Shown here in pieces: positions 50,901 through 62,598 of a stretch of 64,000 bases of DNA; within the stretch, counting starts at the first letter, position 1, and each line of letters begins with the position of its first letter. The notes under the pieces are model-generated. The model saw only the letters and a list, made by a program, of their open reading frames with translations. It did no database searches and had not been told where the DNA came from. This stretch comes from Raillietiella orientalis. Taxonomy: Eukaryota. The stretch is taken from the NCBI GenBank assembly GCA_036172245.1, contig JAYWIR010000010.1, forward strand, positions 2,914,001-2,978,000. The letters are read 5' to 3'. A program made the position numbers and the translations under genes.

Positions 50901-52885
50901 GGAAAGAACGGAAGGAAGATAAGTCCGGAATCCTACTCAGGTCCACGAATCTTCTTATCGCAGAGAGCCGCGGTTATAAAATTGATGGGACTTCCTATCA
51001 TCGGAAGCAGAAGTTTATGATTTCCTTCTGAGAGTCGCGTGTACCAAGGCACGTGCGCGTGCGCGCTTCCGTCAGTCCGCCCGTTGCATTTGTCCGGGAA
51101 GAGTGGTGGTCGACATGGTGTGACTTTTCACCGTGACGTGTGCGAGTGGTCTCTCCAGTACGGGGAGTAGCCCAGGAACCCAATGGAACTGCCTCGTGGT
51201 GAAGGACAACACGATCCAGAGCTCGTCCGCTCGGACGTGAGCGAGAAGACCGGCGTGATGTCAAGTGTTGCGCGCGGCGACTGCACGCCGCTCGCGCGAG
51301 GGGCACGGGAAAAAGGTTTGGCCCCGTACATGCTGCTGCTTCTGCCGCTCGACGAGGGGTGAGGAGGTCGAGAGGGCACGGCGAGTGGAGGCTGCGGCTG
51401 GTTCGGGCCCATCAACCAGACAGCCCTCTCCTGCATCAGACGGGGACTTCGCTACCCTCTTCAAGCCGGTCCACGCTCTTCCAAGCTGCAGTTGAGACCC
51501 CACCCCGTCCGGAGTCCACGAGCTCCTCCGAGCTTGAATTTGTTCGGCGAGGGAGGGCTCTGCTCTTCCTCGCTGCGGTTGATCCGGGAAGCGGGAGTTT
51601 CCGCCAGGAAAAGACCGAGTCGCGACGGAGGGACCGAAGCTGCCGAAAAGAATGAAGAGCTGCTGCTCCCAGAATGCAACAGATGCGCGAGGACCAGCCA
51701 ACCGGAAAGAGCGGCTCGCGAAAGATGACGATTTGGCTGAAGGGATCCGAGGACGTCTGAGATTCCTGCGTGCTCCGGCGCCGTTCGCATGCCGACGATG
51801 CCCAAATACTCAGCCGGAAGCGGAGGAGGAAGAAGAGGAGGTGCAGGCCACCAGGAAAGATGCGCTCTTCCCGATTTGATCGCAAGCCCGTTCAGTCTCG
51901 TCGGCGGGAGGAGAAAGTGAGGCGTGCCGAAAGGTGCTTTTCGGGTGCGGCTTCGGACACTGCCGTTTTGCGGTATTCAGGAGCCTTCCAGGTAGATCAC
52001 CGCTGCCGTGGTGGGTTAGGGTGGTAGGACTTGGCTGGAGCAGAAGAACCGGAAATGCGAAAGATTCTTCTGCGTTTTAGGGGATGAGGTTGAACAAAAA
52101 ATAAGAAGAACAGCAACAGCAAAGGAAAATTAAGAAGTGAGAGGAGAGAGGGAAAGGGATCAGAAAGCAACCAGTATGGCAACCAACGGGGAAACGGGAG
52201 CCTCTGTGTATTCACGCGGAAAATCGAAAGGTAGACTGTTCTCGGCGGACGCGTCAACCGGATTCCCTTGGCAACGGCCGGAGCCGGCGAGCCGCGCGAC
52301 GTTTCGGATCCCTCCCCTCCCTCACTGTACTGAAAGGGCAGGAATTTTAATCCAAAGCGACGGCGCCGGAGGTTACTGCTGATGCTGCTCTTCCTCGCGC
52401 TCCAGCGGCGCGCTAATCTTCCGCGGGAGCACAGAAAGATGAAGCTGTTTGTTTTTTCTTCGGGGAAGACCCATCGGGGAGGAATCGGGAAAGGAACGCC
52501 ACACATAGACGGTCGGACAGATGCTGCCGCCAGTTCGACTTACCGGGGAAAAAAGCGGAGGGCGACTTTCACTCGCGATCGATAAGTGGCGCGAGCGGAA
52601 CCATCGCTGCGAGGAGCCCGCGCCTGCTCCAGCCTCCCTCGGGCTCGGCTCATGCTCGAGGGTGCCTCTCCGAAGCGGATTATCGCGCGCGCGGCGGCAG
52701 GATCACTACCGATCGATCCCTCTGCCCGTCCTTCCTGCCGACTGCGGGGAGGGGGACGAGGGGGAAAGCGCGCTCGCGCGCGATCCCCCTTTGCGCGTGT
52801 AAGTGGCGAATCGGCGATTCGATAGAGACGGGATCGGGAGAGGGAGTGCGCGTCCTCCAGCGCGACAGGCGCAGCGGTGACTCAC

Positions 52886-53025
52886 GCGTAGGGATAGATG
52901 AGTAATGCGAGGGTGATGAGGAAGAGGAGCAAAAAGAGGGGAGGAGGAATGTGCCCTTTGGATTTCGCAGCCCGCCGCCACCGCCGCACTCGTGAGAGGG
53001 GCGGGGGAACAGATGGGGTTGCCAT
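52886..53025 (-). CDS. Candidate first coding exon with a signal peptide or signal anchor (MATPSVPPPLSRVRRWRRAAKSKGHIPPPLFLLLFLITLALLIYPY-A); link to the Side gene unproven
   Basis: The ATG is in an ACCATGG Kozak context, followed by a basic n-region, a 15-residue hydrophobic core and a consensus GTGAGT donor. The donor is phase 2 but exon A needs phase 1, so an unidentified bridging exon would be required. Confidence 0.35.
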
Positions 53026-56000
53026 GGTGTGCCCTCTCTTCGCGCGATCCCGCAGCAGCCGGCGGGAGGGCGAAGCAGCGGGATGCGAATGCGCTCCCGG
53101 AGGGAGTTTCTCTAGCTGCGGTCTCTGGAGGAAAGGGGGACGCGTCGAAACTTTGGGTCCCCCTACACAACGATATGAAGATCGGATCTGGTCCCCGATT
53201 CTCTGCGGGATGATCCTGTTTTTCGGGGAGCACCCCCTCGAAGATGCTCGAGACGTAGAGCTGCATTTCTCCGCTCCCTTCATGTTGGGAATTCCCCCTG
53301 TTCCCGGTGGAGCAACCTCTGGCGCGTGCGGTAACTTCGGGATCCAGCCTTGCAGGGAGGTCATCCTGCCGGTTTCATGGAGAGGAAGCGATGGAGAGCG
53401 GGAAAGTGAGCTTCGGTCTCGAGCCGTTCAAGGGGCCAAAGGGAGCGTTCTCCTCTCCCCTTCTCCCGTTTCTCCTTTTTCCTTCGAACTCCTCTCCGTG
53501 CGATCGTTCCTGCTGGTAACCCCAGGATGTGGGGAGGGAAGAGGAAGTCCTTCGCATAGAGTCGAGTGGGAGGGGATGGCAAGCGGGTGCAGGCAAGCAG
53601 ATGGGGCGGCGAAGAGAACCACTTTCGGCATTCGGAGGTCGGCAACGCGTTCTGGACCGTTTCTGTCTTTTCTGCCAAGAAGTCCTGGCGATCAGATCTG
53701 GGCAGAGGATGCAACAGGATCCGAGTCCTCTGCCGGGACTTCAGTCTGATGCCATTCCAAGAGAGCCAGATCCGTATTTTGGAAAAGCATTACTCACTTT
53801 TGTTGGCATGGGGAAAGAGAGGAGTGGGGGTGGGATCAGACAGCAATGAGAAGCTGTCCGACAACTCCGCTTCGCCAAGGTCTCCCTTCCGACGCTGCCG
53901 GACCACAAGAACTGCTGCTGCAGTCCGGCAGCCGAACTCAGAGATGGCCAGGAGGAAACTGAGTAAACAACTGACTAAGAGTCTGGGGAGAAATAAAAGA
54001 GGTCGGGCGAAGGTCTCTCCAGGAAAGCTCAGCGTCTCGACCGGCGAGTCCGTTCCCTGGAAGGTCCAGGGTTGCGCTCGCGAAGAAACACCGGCTCTTC
54101 CTGCCTCGTTTTACCCCACGAGTGCGCGCACGCGTGCCGGCTGCGCAAGTGGGCGATATCGCCTGCGATCGGTTTCCCCACCTCCCCGAGCGGATGTTTC
54201 CGTCGTCGCCTCCTGGACGTCGAGGGTAGTGTCCAGCTCTCAAAATGAGGGAGAACGTCGCTCCCGGAGGACGCTATCTGTGGGCGCCAGCGGGATGGAA
54301 GGCAGTAGGCCGCCTCCGCTGCCCTTATCCCTACCCTTACTGCGAGGACCGGGAGCACCTTGTGCGCGTTCGAAGTGAACGGATCCGACGAGACGTGTTG
54401 TCAATGTAGTTGCAGCTGTTGGTTGCCGCGCGGTCGCTGCTGTGTGAAAGAGGTGGCGGCTGCAGGTTGGCGGTGCCGAGTGTCCTCTTCCTTCCCAGCA
54501 GCCGCGCCGAGTTCGACAAAACTCCCGAAGGAGTTCGTAATGCCACGAGGGAGGGGCAGGAGAAAACAAAGGGCGGAATCTTTTAAGAGGGGAGTGGATT
54601 GCTCAGACCGCTTCGCCAGGACCATAGAAATACGGGACGGCTCCCCCCGTCGAGTCATCCGGCTGTCCGCGACGGGATCCCCCACATCGTCTCCTTTCAG
54701 GTGTCAGGAGCACACACCACCCGATCCGGTCGAAGAAGTGGTCGGCGTCCTGCTGCTGGTGGGCTCAAGCCAAGAACATTCAGGATGTGAAGGGAGAGGC
54801 AACGAGAGACCAAGAGAGGTAAGAGAAGGGACTCGCAGCTGGACAGCCAGCAAATAGAGGAGTAGGGAGCAAGAGACTTGGATGATGCAGCCGGGTGTTC
54901 GCTCTGCCTCCGGGGAAATCAGGAAGGAGCTCCTTTCCTCTCCTTTTCATTCCCGTGCATCCGGAAGGGTGGAGCTGCTGCTGCGTGCTCTCAGCCTGCT
55001 ATCCACGGTACTTCCCTAAAGAGGCCAAGCGGCGCTTGCGCTCATGCACTCAGTCCGGAGAGGGGAGAGGGAAGAGTACAAATCGCATCCGCGATGGTCC
55101 GGCTGGGGCTTGGAGAAAGAAGGAGTCTAGACGAAGCCTGCAACTGACCAGATCAGAAAGGCTGAGGCGCGTGGTCGCCGAGCCTGGTCGGTTGTCTCGG
55201 ACTTATTCCGCGAGTGACACCTGTCCCATAGAGTAGAGAAGTAAAGAAACGCAGTTGGGCAGCGAGAAGAGTTACGTCAGTGTGGCATCGAGGCTAACAC
55301 TGTCTGTCTCGCCTCAGGACGAAGGAGAGACAAAACGTCTCCACACTTCCTGTACGCTTCCCCGACGTCGCTTAGGTTGAGGACGATGGGAGGAAACAGA
55401 AAAAAAAGGTCTTTGTGGGTCACTGGAGGGATAAGGGAACAGGAGGCAAGAGAGTAGAGAAGAGTTTTTCTGGAAGAGCCGCCGAAGTGCCATCGACACC
55501 TGCTTATAGGAGGAAGCTGAGGAGAGGAGAAGGGAGGAATGTCTCGTCAGACCAGTCTCATACTGGGAATCGTTTACTGACCACTGGACCGTCGGCAAGC
55601 TGCAATTGTCCCAACCCCTCCCTCGTTACCTTCCCTTCCTTCGAAGAAGTCTGCGGACTTTTGCTTTCTGTCTCTCCCCTACGTCAAGCAAACATGTGGC
55701 AGACGTTCTTCTCCCCTTCTCCAAGTCAGGATTACCAATTGGAAAGAGTAAGGAAGGAAGGTAAAGGAGGGTCTAGGGTGCTGGGAGCGGGGAGTACCTC
55801 TTCCTCTTTACTTTGCGAGTCGAGAGGCACCGGAGAGGGTAGGGAGCGCGCTTCCACGGAGCCCTCCATCTATCTGGCAAGGGACTCTCACCTGTAGCCG
55901 CGCTCCACAGACGGATTTCAGACTTTCTAGGGAGTGGTGGAAGGGTACCACGACTTCATGAGGAGAGGGGGAAAAGGGACGGATGGTGCCTGGATCGGTT

Positions 56001-59000
56001 CCTGTTCCCATAGCAAAGGAGAGGCAACTACCTACAGACTCTTTCCTCCTCCCTCTCCCTGTCCATAAAACAAGGGGAGCGCTCCAGACATGACCGGTGG
56101 CTGTCAGTCGACTTCTCTCATGTGGAAGCTCTCGGAAAAGGGGAGGGGGGGGGGGAAGGAACCTGACTTCACGCGGCCTTCTCGCAACATACGTTTTTTC
56201 ACCTGTGGCGAGGCTACAGGCGCTGGAATGAATGATGCAGTCAGCATCCTCTGTGATCCTGAATCGAAGCGCATGCATGAGAGCAAATCTGTAGAGTTTG
56301 CCTCTACCCTATCCTTCCCACATCCACCAAACTCCCTTAGGTCGCAGCATCCCTGAGAAAGAGGTTCGTGATCTTCCTAGAGAATTAGTCCCTATGCCAC
56401 TGCTCTCATTCTTTCAATTCTTCTTCTCTGGGGAGAAAGGAGAGACCTTCCGAAAGGTTAGGTAACTTCCCGGAAGACCAGAACCCCCCCTTCCCCCAGG
56501 AAGCACTTCCAGAACGGACCCCTGAGAGAAAGAAGGACCCATCCTGATGCCTTTCGGGTTGGGAAACTTCATGTTCGTGATCTGCAAAGTAGTCAGCCCC
56601 TTTCGAATCTTTGGGAGGAGCTGTTATCCGAGCGATTGAGCAGTACCTCCTTTTCGAAGCGGAGGCACGAGCCGCAGCTGAGAGGGCTTCAAAGGATACC
56701 CGCTAGCTGGCAGCAGCTGCTATACCACCGCCACTCTTCGGTTTCTCTCTCGGTAATAGCCATTCCTCCTCAACGGGCTATGATAAGAAGTCCAGTCCTC
56801 ACCGGTACCCCCGCTGTTGAAGTGCCGACTTCTCAACCCTCGACCCCGCCCCAGTACACCCCCAAAGTACTCCGGGGATTTGTGCAGCTTTCTGTCTGAT
56901 GAATATATTCCCCACTGACCGAAGAAGAAATGTGCGACGTAACGACAGTGGCAGCGCACTCAAGATGAGATGGCACGAGTCTCCGTTCTCTTCGCTTCAA
57001 GATCCCGGTGATCTCAGAGTGCTGTTCCGCATCCACTCTTGCATGCAGGACCGCAGCCGAATAAGGGTGGTGGTTGGATGAATTCTTCGAAACTGGGGAT
57101 CCGAAAAGGGTACACGTACGAGTACGCATGTCTGTGTGCGTCTGTTTTTGTCACTGTGCAAATCTCTCGGGTCCTGACACACGAAAACAAGATTGCATTT
57201 TGCCAGCTTGCAGCTGGCGGGTCTTGGGGTCGGGGTCGGATCTGGGACCAGCATGCCGGTCCAGGAGCAGGGAGAGACGGACTTCCGGGTCTTTGGAAGA
57301 ACAGCTGCTTGGGGTGCGTGAGATTTTCTCCTTCCCCTTATCCCAAATGTGCCCAGCCCTCGACTTCGCCAAACCCAATCCTCTGGTCAGCTTCCTTCCA
57401 TCGGGTACTCCCGAACACGATCACACGCATGACGAGAGTTCATTCAGCCTACGCGTTGGGTTTATCCCGACGTGATAACCGCTAGTGATTACAGCGATTA
57501 CGTCAGAGCGGTTCTCCCCCCTTAATCAATTTTTACTTAATGGATATCATTTGATCTATGAAAATCTAGGAATGGGATCTGGAAACTCATATTTGCTTCT
57601 TTGCCATAACAATAATTACGCGCTTCATAGTTGCATGCAGCACTGGCAGTTTATATGCGTGGATCATGCAACCGAAAAACATAAATCCTTATACTCATTA
57701 ATACATTCCATCTTCCGTGCTTTGAATCTCCTATCATGCTAAGGATAAATATCAGGAAAAATTGTTTATTCTACGGAAAGTATACGGAACATGGTACTTC
57801 GAAGCGATCACGAAAGGAAGAGACTTTTTTTTTCTTTCCCCCCTCCCCCCCCATTATTCTCGGTTTTCGTTTTTACAAACGCCCAACTTTGATGGAAGAG
57901 AGATTTGCTTCTCGATAGCACAATAGCCAAAATAACCATCACTTACTTACTGAGTCAGCATCACTGTCCAGGAAATCATCGGTAACACTGACAGTACCCT
58001 CGGTCGAGCGTTGGAGGCACATCAGATGCAAATACAAATATATACGGTACATTCCTAGAAGGAGGCTTGTGGAAGATTATCTGTCTTCATCTCAAGGGGA
58101 TCGACTGGCTGCGATGTGGGTCATCGCAGATGTATCGAGGGACAACCATCACGGATTGTCATGCTCGTTCGTGGAAAACAACGAAACTGGTGACTAACAC
58201 TCGGGGGCTCGCCTTAAATAAGCGTCCTGCCGTAAAACGCAGGACAGGGATTACCGCATGACAATTCGGAATCAATTCAAAGTTGTACCGTACACTCTCT
58301 TTGCGAACTTTGGTACTCGCACGGTAAACGCATCCGCGTGCAGTGCAGGCCGCACTTGACTGTTGCAGTCGTAATCGGATTTCCGGAACAACCGCTCGGT
58401 TATATTTAGTAATCCACGTGACCACGCGGGAGAGCACGTCAGCATTGTTAGCGCGAGGCATGCTCTCGGAGCATGGATCCTCACAGGGTCGCCATGCGTC
58501 CACTCCACCTCCTGGGTTCCTTTTACTCCTTGTTGTTTTTCTTCCTCCTCTTCTCCTTATTTATTATTTTTATATTTATTGTTTGGTTTTTTTTTTTTTT
58601 TTAATTTCTCCATTTTTTTTTTCTTTTCGTTTGTTCCCCTCGGATGAGGGAGGCGACCATTCGGTCATTTTTTGGTGGTTGTTCTCGGAAAATGAGCGAG
58701 ATTAATCACCACCTGATTGCAGAGTGAGTTAAGAGACGTTGCTGGAGGGGAGAGGGGGGAAAAAAAAGAAAAAAAGAAAGCCAGATAAATTCCGCGCCCT
58801 AAAGTGATGGATTCATATCTGAACTGACGCAATTTTCAGGTGGATCTCATGTTTCAATCAGTTCGACCACGTTGCTGCGCACACATACGTTGCACACGCG
58901 CGCGCAGTCGTGCGGGCAAAAAAGCCCAACCAAGCCGAAAGCTCCCCCGAAAGAAACAAAAACAAAAACAGAAAAACAAAAGGGGGAGGGGGGTGAGGAG

Positions 59001-59892
59001 AAGGAGACAGGAAATGAGATGCAGACACGTGAGACGGGAACGCTGCCGTCCCATCAACGCAGACTGAAAGAGAGCGTTTGGATGGATTCGCAACGCGGCT
59101 AAGAGGCCGTCCGCATCTACCCGGGATGCTGCTCCACTTCCAGGTAGCCTTGTCTCCAGAGACAACTGTTGCTCTTCCTCGGGCCACTCCGGACGTAAGC
59201 TGGCCGGTCGCCACGTCCTGATGGAGGAGAGAGGAGGAGGAGCTTTCGTGTTTGCCGATGGAGGGCAGGAGGGAGGCGGGCCACGGAGCTTTCCTCGAGG
59301 AGCAGCAGCTCCGGGCGCGCGCGAAGCGGCCCTCCCTGCCCGCCTGGCCGCCTCGTGAGCCCGGTTCCCACTTCGGGGGCCTATGAGAACGATGGAAGGA
59401 CGTCCGCTTCCCTCGTGAGGGCTGGGGTCGAGCCAATCTCGTGAGCGAGCGGAGTTCGCGTCATTCCTTGGAAGGCCTCCGGGAGGAGCGCCGCTGGAGA
59501 TGACCGTGACGTCACGGGCACCCACCTGCCGCCGGTTTCCACTGTGGATCGCCGGCTCCCGCGGCAGTCACGCCGCACCTTAGCCCCTCTCGAGATGGGG
59601 GGAAGTTCAAAGGACTTCCGAGGAGGTTCGTGGGCGGGAAGAGGGGGCGATGAGCGGAAAAGCCTGTGGACGTTCCGTGGTCTTGCAAGGAGGAGATCCT
59701 CTTCTGCTGTTCCGGTGCGGGGAATGGGGCGGATGCATGGAGTAGGAGTCACGGAGCGCACCCTACGGAAAGGAATGACCGCCCTTCCCCTTACCTAGGC
59801 CAGGAGAGGAGAGGAAGCAGGCACCACTTCAAGAGGGTAATTCAGTAGCCCCGTTCCTCTCTTCCCGCATCCGCTCCCGGGTTTCCACGTGT

Positions 59893-60100
59893 TTCCTTCC
59901 TCTCTGCTCGCCCCCATTCCGTCCCCACTCCCATTGTCACTTCCCCCCCCCTCACCCCCTCTTCACCTAATTCCATTCTCTCCCCATTTTCTCATCTCGC
60001 ACCAGTGCTCTATTTCCTTCCAGCTTTTCCTTCCCCTTCCCTTCCTCCCCTGGCTACATTCTCTTCCCTTTCTTTCACCTCCCACCTCTTCACCCCACTT
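59893..60100. repeat. Pyrimidine-rich low-complexity tract
   Basis: About 200 nt dominated by C and T runs on the + strand. Confidence 0.7.
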
Positions 60101-62513
60101 GCGCCCGATGAAGGGACAGCTAGGGTCAGCTCTCCTAGACTTCTTCCGTCCCACGTTTCGGGAGACGCACGTTTCGCCCGACCCAGAGGGTCGGAGAGAC
60201 GGGGAAGGGGCTGGGAGGATTCCCGTCCCTCATCACCTCGTTGACACGGCGGCGAGATCCATGCAATACGGCGAAGGCGGTGGCATCAAGACCTCACGAG
60301 GAGGAACGGGAAGTTCCTGTGGATTGCCGGTCGCAGTGGCCAACAAGGGAAGAGGAAGGACAGTGATGGCGTCGCTCAGCGCTCGCGCGCAGGTGCGGTG
60401 GCAGAGACCGCCTCTGCCACAAAAAAAAAAACGCCCGGGGCATTTTTTCTTTGCGCTTCCTTCAGGACATCCATATTTCTCTCCTCTCTGCAAAACCCCT
60501 GCTGCAGGAAGCTCGTCTCTCTCACACTCCTCCAGGTGAGGCCAGCTGGTGATGCCGATTTTAGTGGGCTGCCGATTTCCTTGCCGCTGGGAGCGGCCAT
60601 CCGATCACCCTCCTTTACTCACTCTTCCCGGTGTCCTGCGTTTTCGTCGGGACTCAAAGATCGTCCGGACCTTATCCAGGGAGCTCACCGGTTCCACTGC
60701 GGCTCCGGAAAAGCAGAAGGCTGCGAGTTTTCGCCGCCAGTCAGCGTCCACCACTCTGAGGGGAATGACGGAGAAGCGCAGGACCCGGCCCAGGACAGAA
60801 ACTTGCAACCTGGATTCCTCCCCGTCCTGGTGAAGAAGCAGAGAGTCTCGCAGGCTGGACGATCGTGGGTCTTCCATCCTGCTGCCCGTCTCGTCAAAGT
60901 CGGTATCCCGGGGAGCTCGCAGTTTGTCTTGTCCCCCATCGTCTATGCCTCTGGCACATCGACTGCACTCTCGTTCTCTCCTTCCTCGTGCTCCTCCTTT
61001 TACCTTTCCCCTCCTCTTCCAAGTGGAGGAAGGAGAAGAGGTGGAACTTCCTTTGAAAAGGTCGAAGATGCTTCTTCGAGGAGGAAGTCGAGGGCAAGAC
61101 TCACAGTCAAGTGAATTCGTTGGGGAAAGAGAACTGGAGCAGGGAAACGGGCGTTGCGATCCGCTCGAGGTTCGGGAAGAGGACGGAGTCCGCGCTCCCC
61201 ACTGCCATATCGGCCTCGAGGCAAGGAAGCCGGGGTGTCGACTTTGCGACCGTCGCAGCGCCCACGGAGAGCGAGATCCCGAAAAGGCAGCCTCTCAATC
61301 CTGCCACTCCACCCGGCTCTCGTTGGAGTTTGTCGGTAAGTCCCTCTCTCAGTGCTTGCGGCTAAGATGGAAGGAGATCAGGGTGGATTGCGGTCGCCGT
61401 GACGACAGAAGAGGACTCCAGGCGAAGCTCTAGAGGGAATCGAAGTCGACAAGTGGAGATGCTGGAGGAGCATCTTCCTTCGCTGCTGAAGGAGGAGCAG
61501 GGAGTGGTCCCTGTGCCCACGGGTCCCGAGGTCATTCGATTTCATGGGGCTAAGCTGCGTCCTCTCATCCCCAGCTGCAGAGGCAAGAAGTCATCGTCTC
61601 CACCAGGTCAACCACGTCGTGTCCTCCCATCCCCCCTATCGAGAGGAACAGCCACTTCCTGGCCACGCCCGCCTTCGAAGCACAGGAGGAGGGGAACAAA
61701 CTTTTCCTTCCCCACTTCCTGCTCCCGCCAGGAGACTGCTACCAACTTCTGCTCTGCACACCTTGCTCCCCTTTTACTTTCTCGTCTCCTGCTAGTTTGC
61801 TCTTCCTCCAGGAACTCTTTCGCTCTCAAGAACCTTCCGCTTCTCTGCGTTTCTCCCGTTTTCAGTGCGGAGGGGATCTACTCCCTCCGGGATCAGAGCT
61901 GAGGTCCTCTTGCAGGTGTACGAGGATGCAGAGGTCATGCTCCTCGAGGAGAATGCCTGTAGGCTGGCCCTAATAGGTATGGGCTTCCGCACCTTCCAGC
62001 CGTTCTCCTTCCTTTCCATGATGCGAGACGAGAAGGGATAGGAAACACGGAGTGATCCGTATGGTCCAAGACGCGTCAGACAGGTGATTTGTTTCCAAGA
62101 GGCCCCTTCTGGAAACAAATCATCCCCTCCTGATTCGGATGTGCACCTCCCCTTTCTTTGATGCTTCCGCTCTCGGAGGTTCCACAAGCCGAGCGACTTT
62201 GTGATCACGGGAGCTGCTGACCTTTCTTTGCAGCGCCGGAGAAACGCCCTCGGGAGACAAAGAAGTTGCGCAAGAGGCGAACCTAATGCCTGCGGCCCTG
62301 GATGAAGCTCCAGAGCGAGAACGAGCTTGAACGGGCTCCCGTGGGACGGCTCTCAGAGTCCCCGACGTCTCATCGCAGCAAGGAGTCGAAATTGGCATCT
62401 GCCGTGATGGCCAAGCTGCTCGTGTTGAAGGGATCCTTCCTTCACCGGGATCTAGATATCTTCCCTCGTTCCCTGCTCCGAATGGGTCAGCATTAAGTCA
62501 TCGTAATATTTCG

Positions 62514-62598
62514 AGAGGAAGAGAAGGAGGAGGAGGAAGAGGAAGGGGATGCGAGAGGAAGAGGGAGGGGTAGGAGGAGGAGGAAGAAAAAGTGAGGA
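62514..62598. repeat. Purine-rich (GGA)n-type low-complexity tract
   Basis: Repeated gga/gaa, read directly. Confidence 0.7.

Noticed and set aside
61916..61976. Plus-strand exon-like segment (cctcttgcAG...AG|GTatgg, VYEDAEVMLLEENACRLALI)
   Set aside because: Isolated, with no partner exons or homology recognised.
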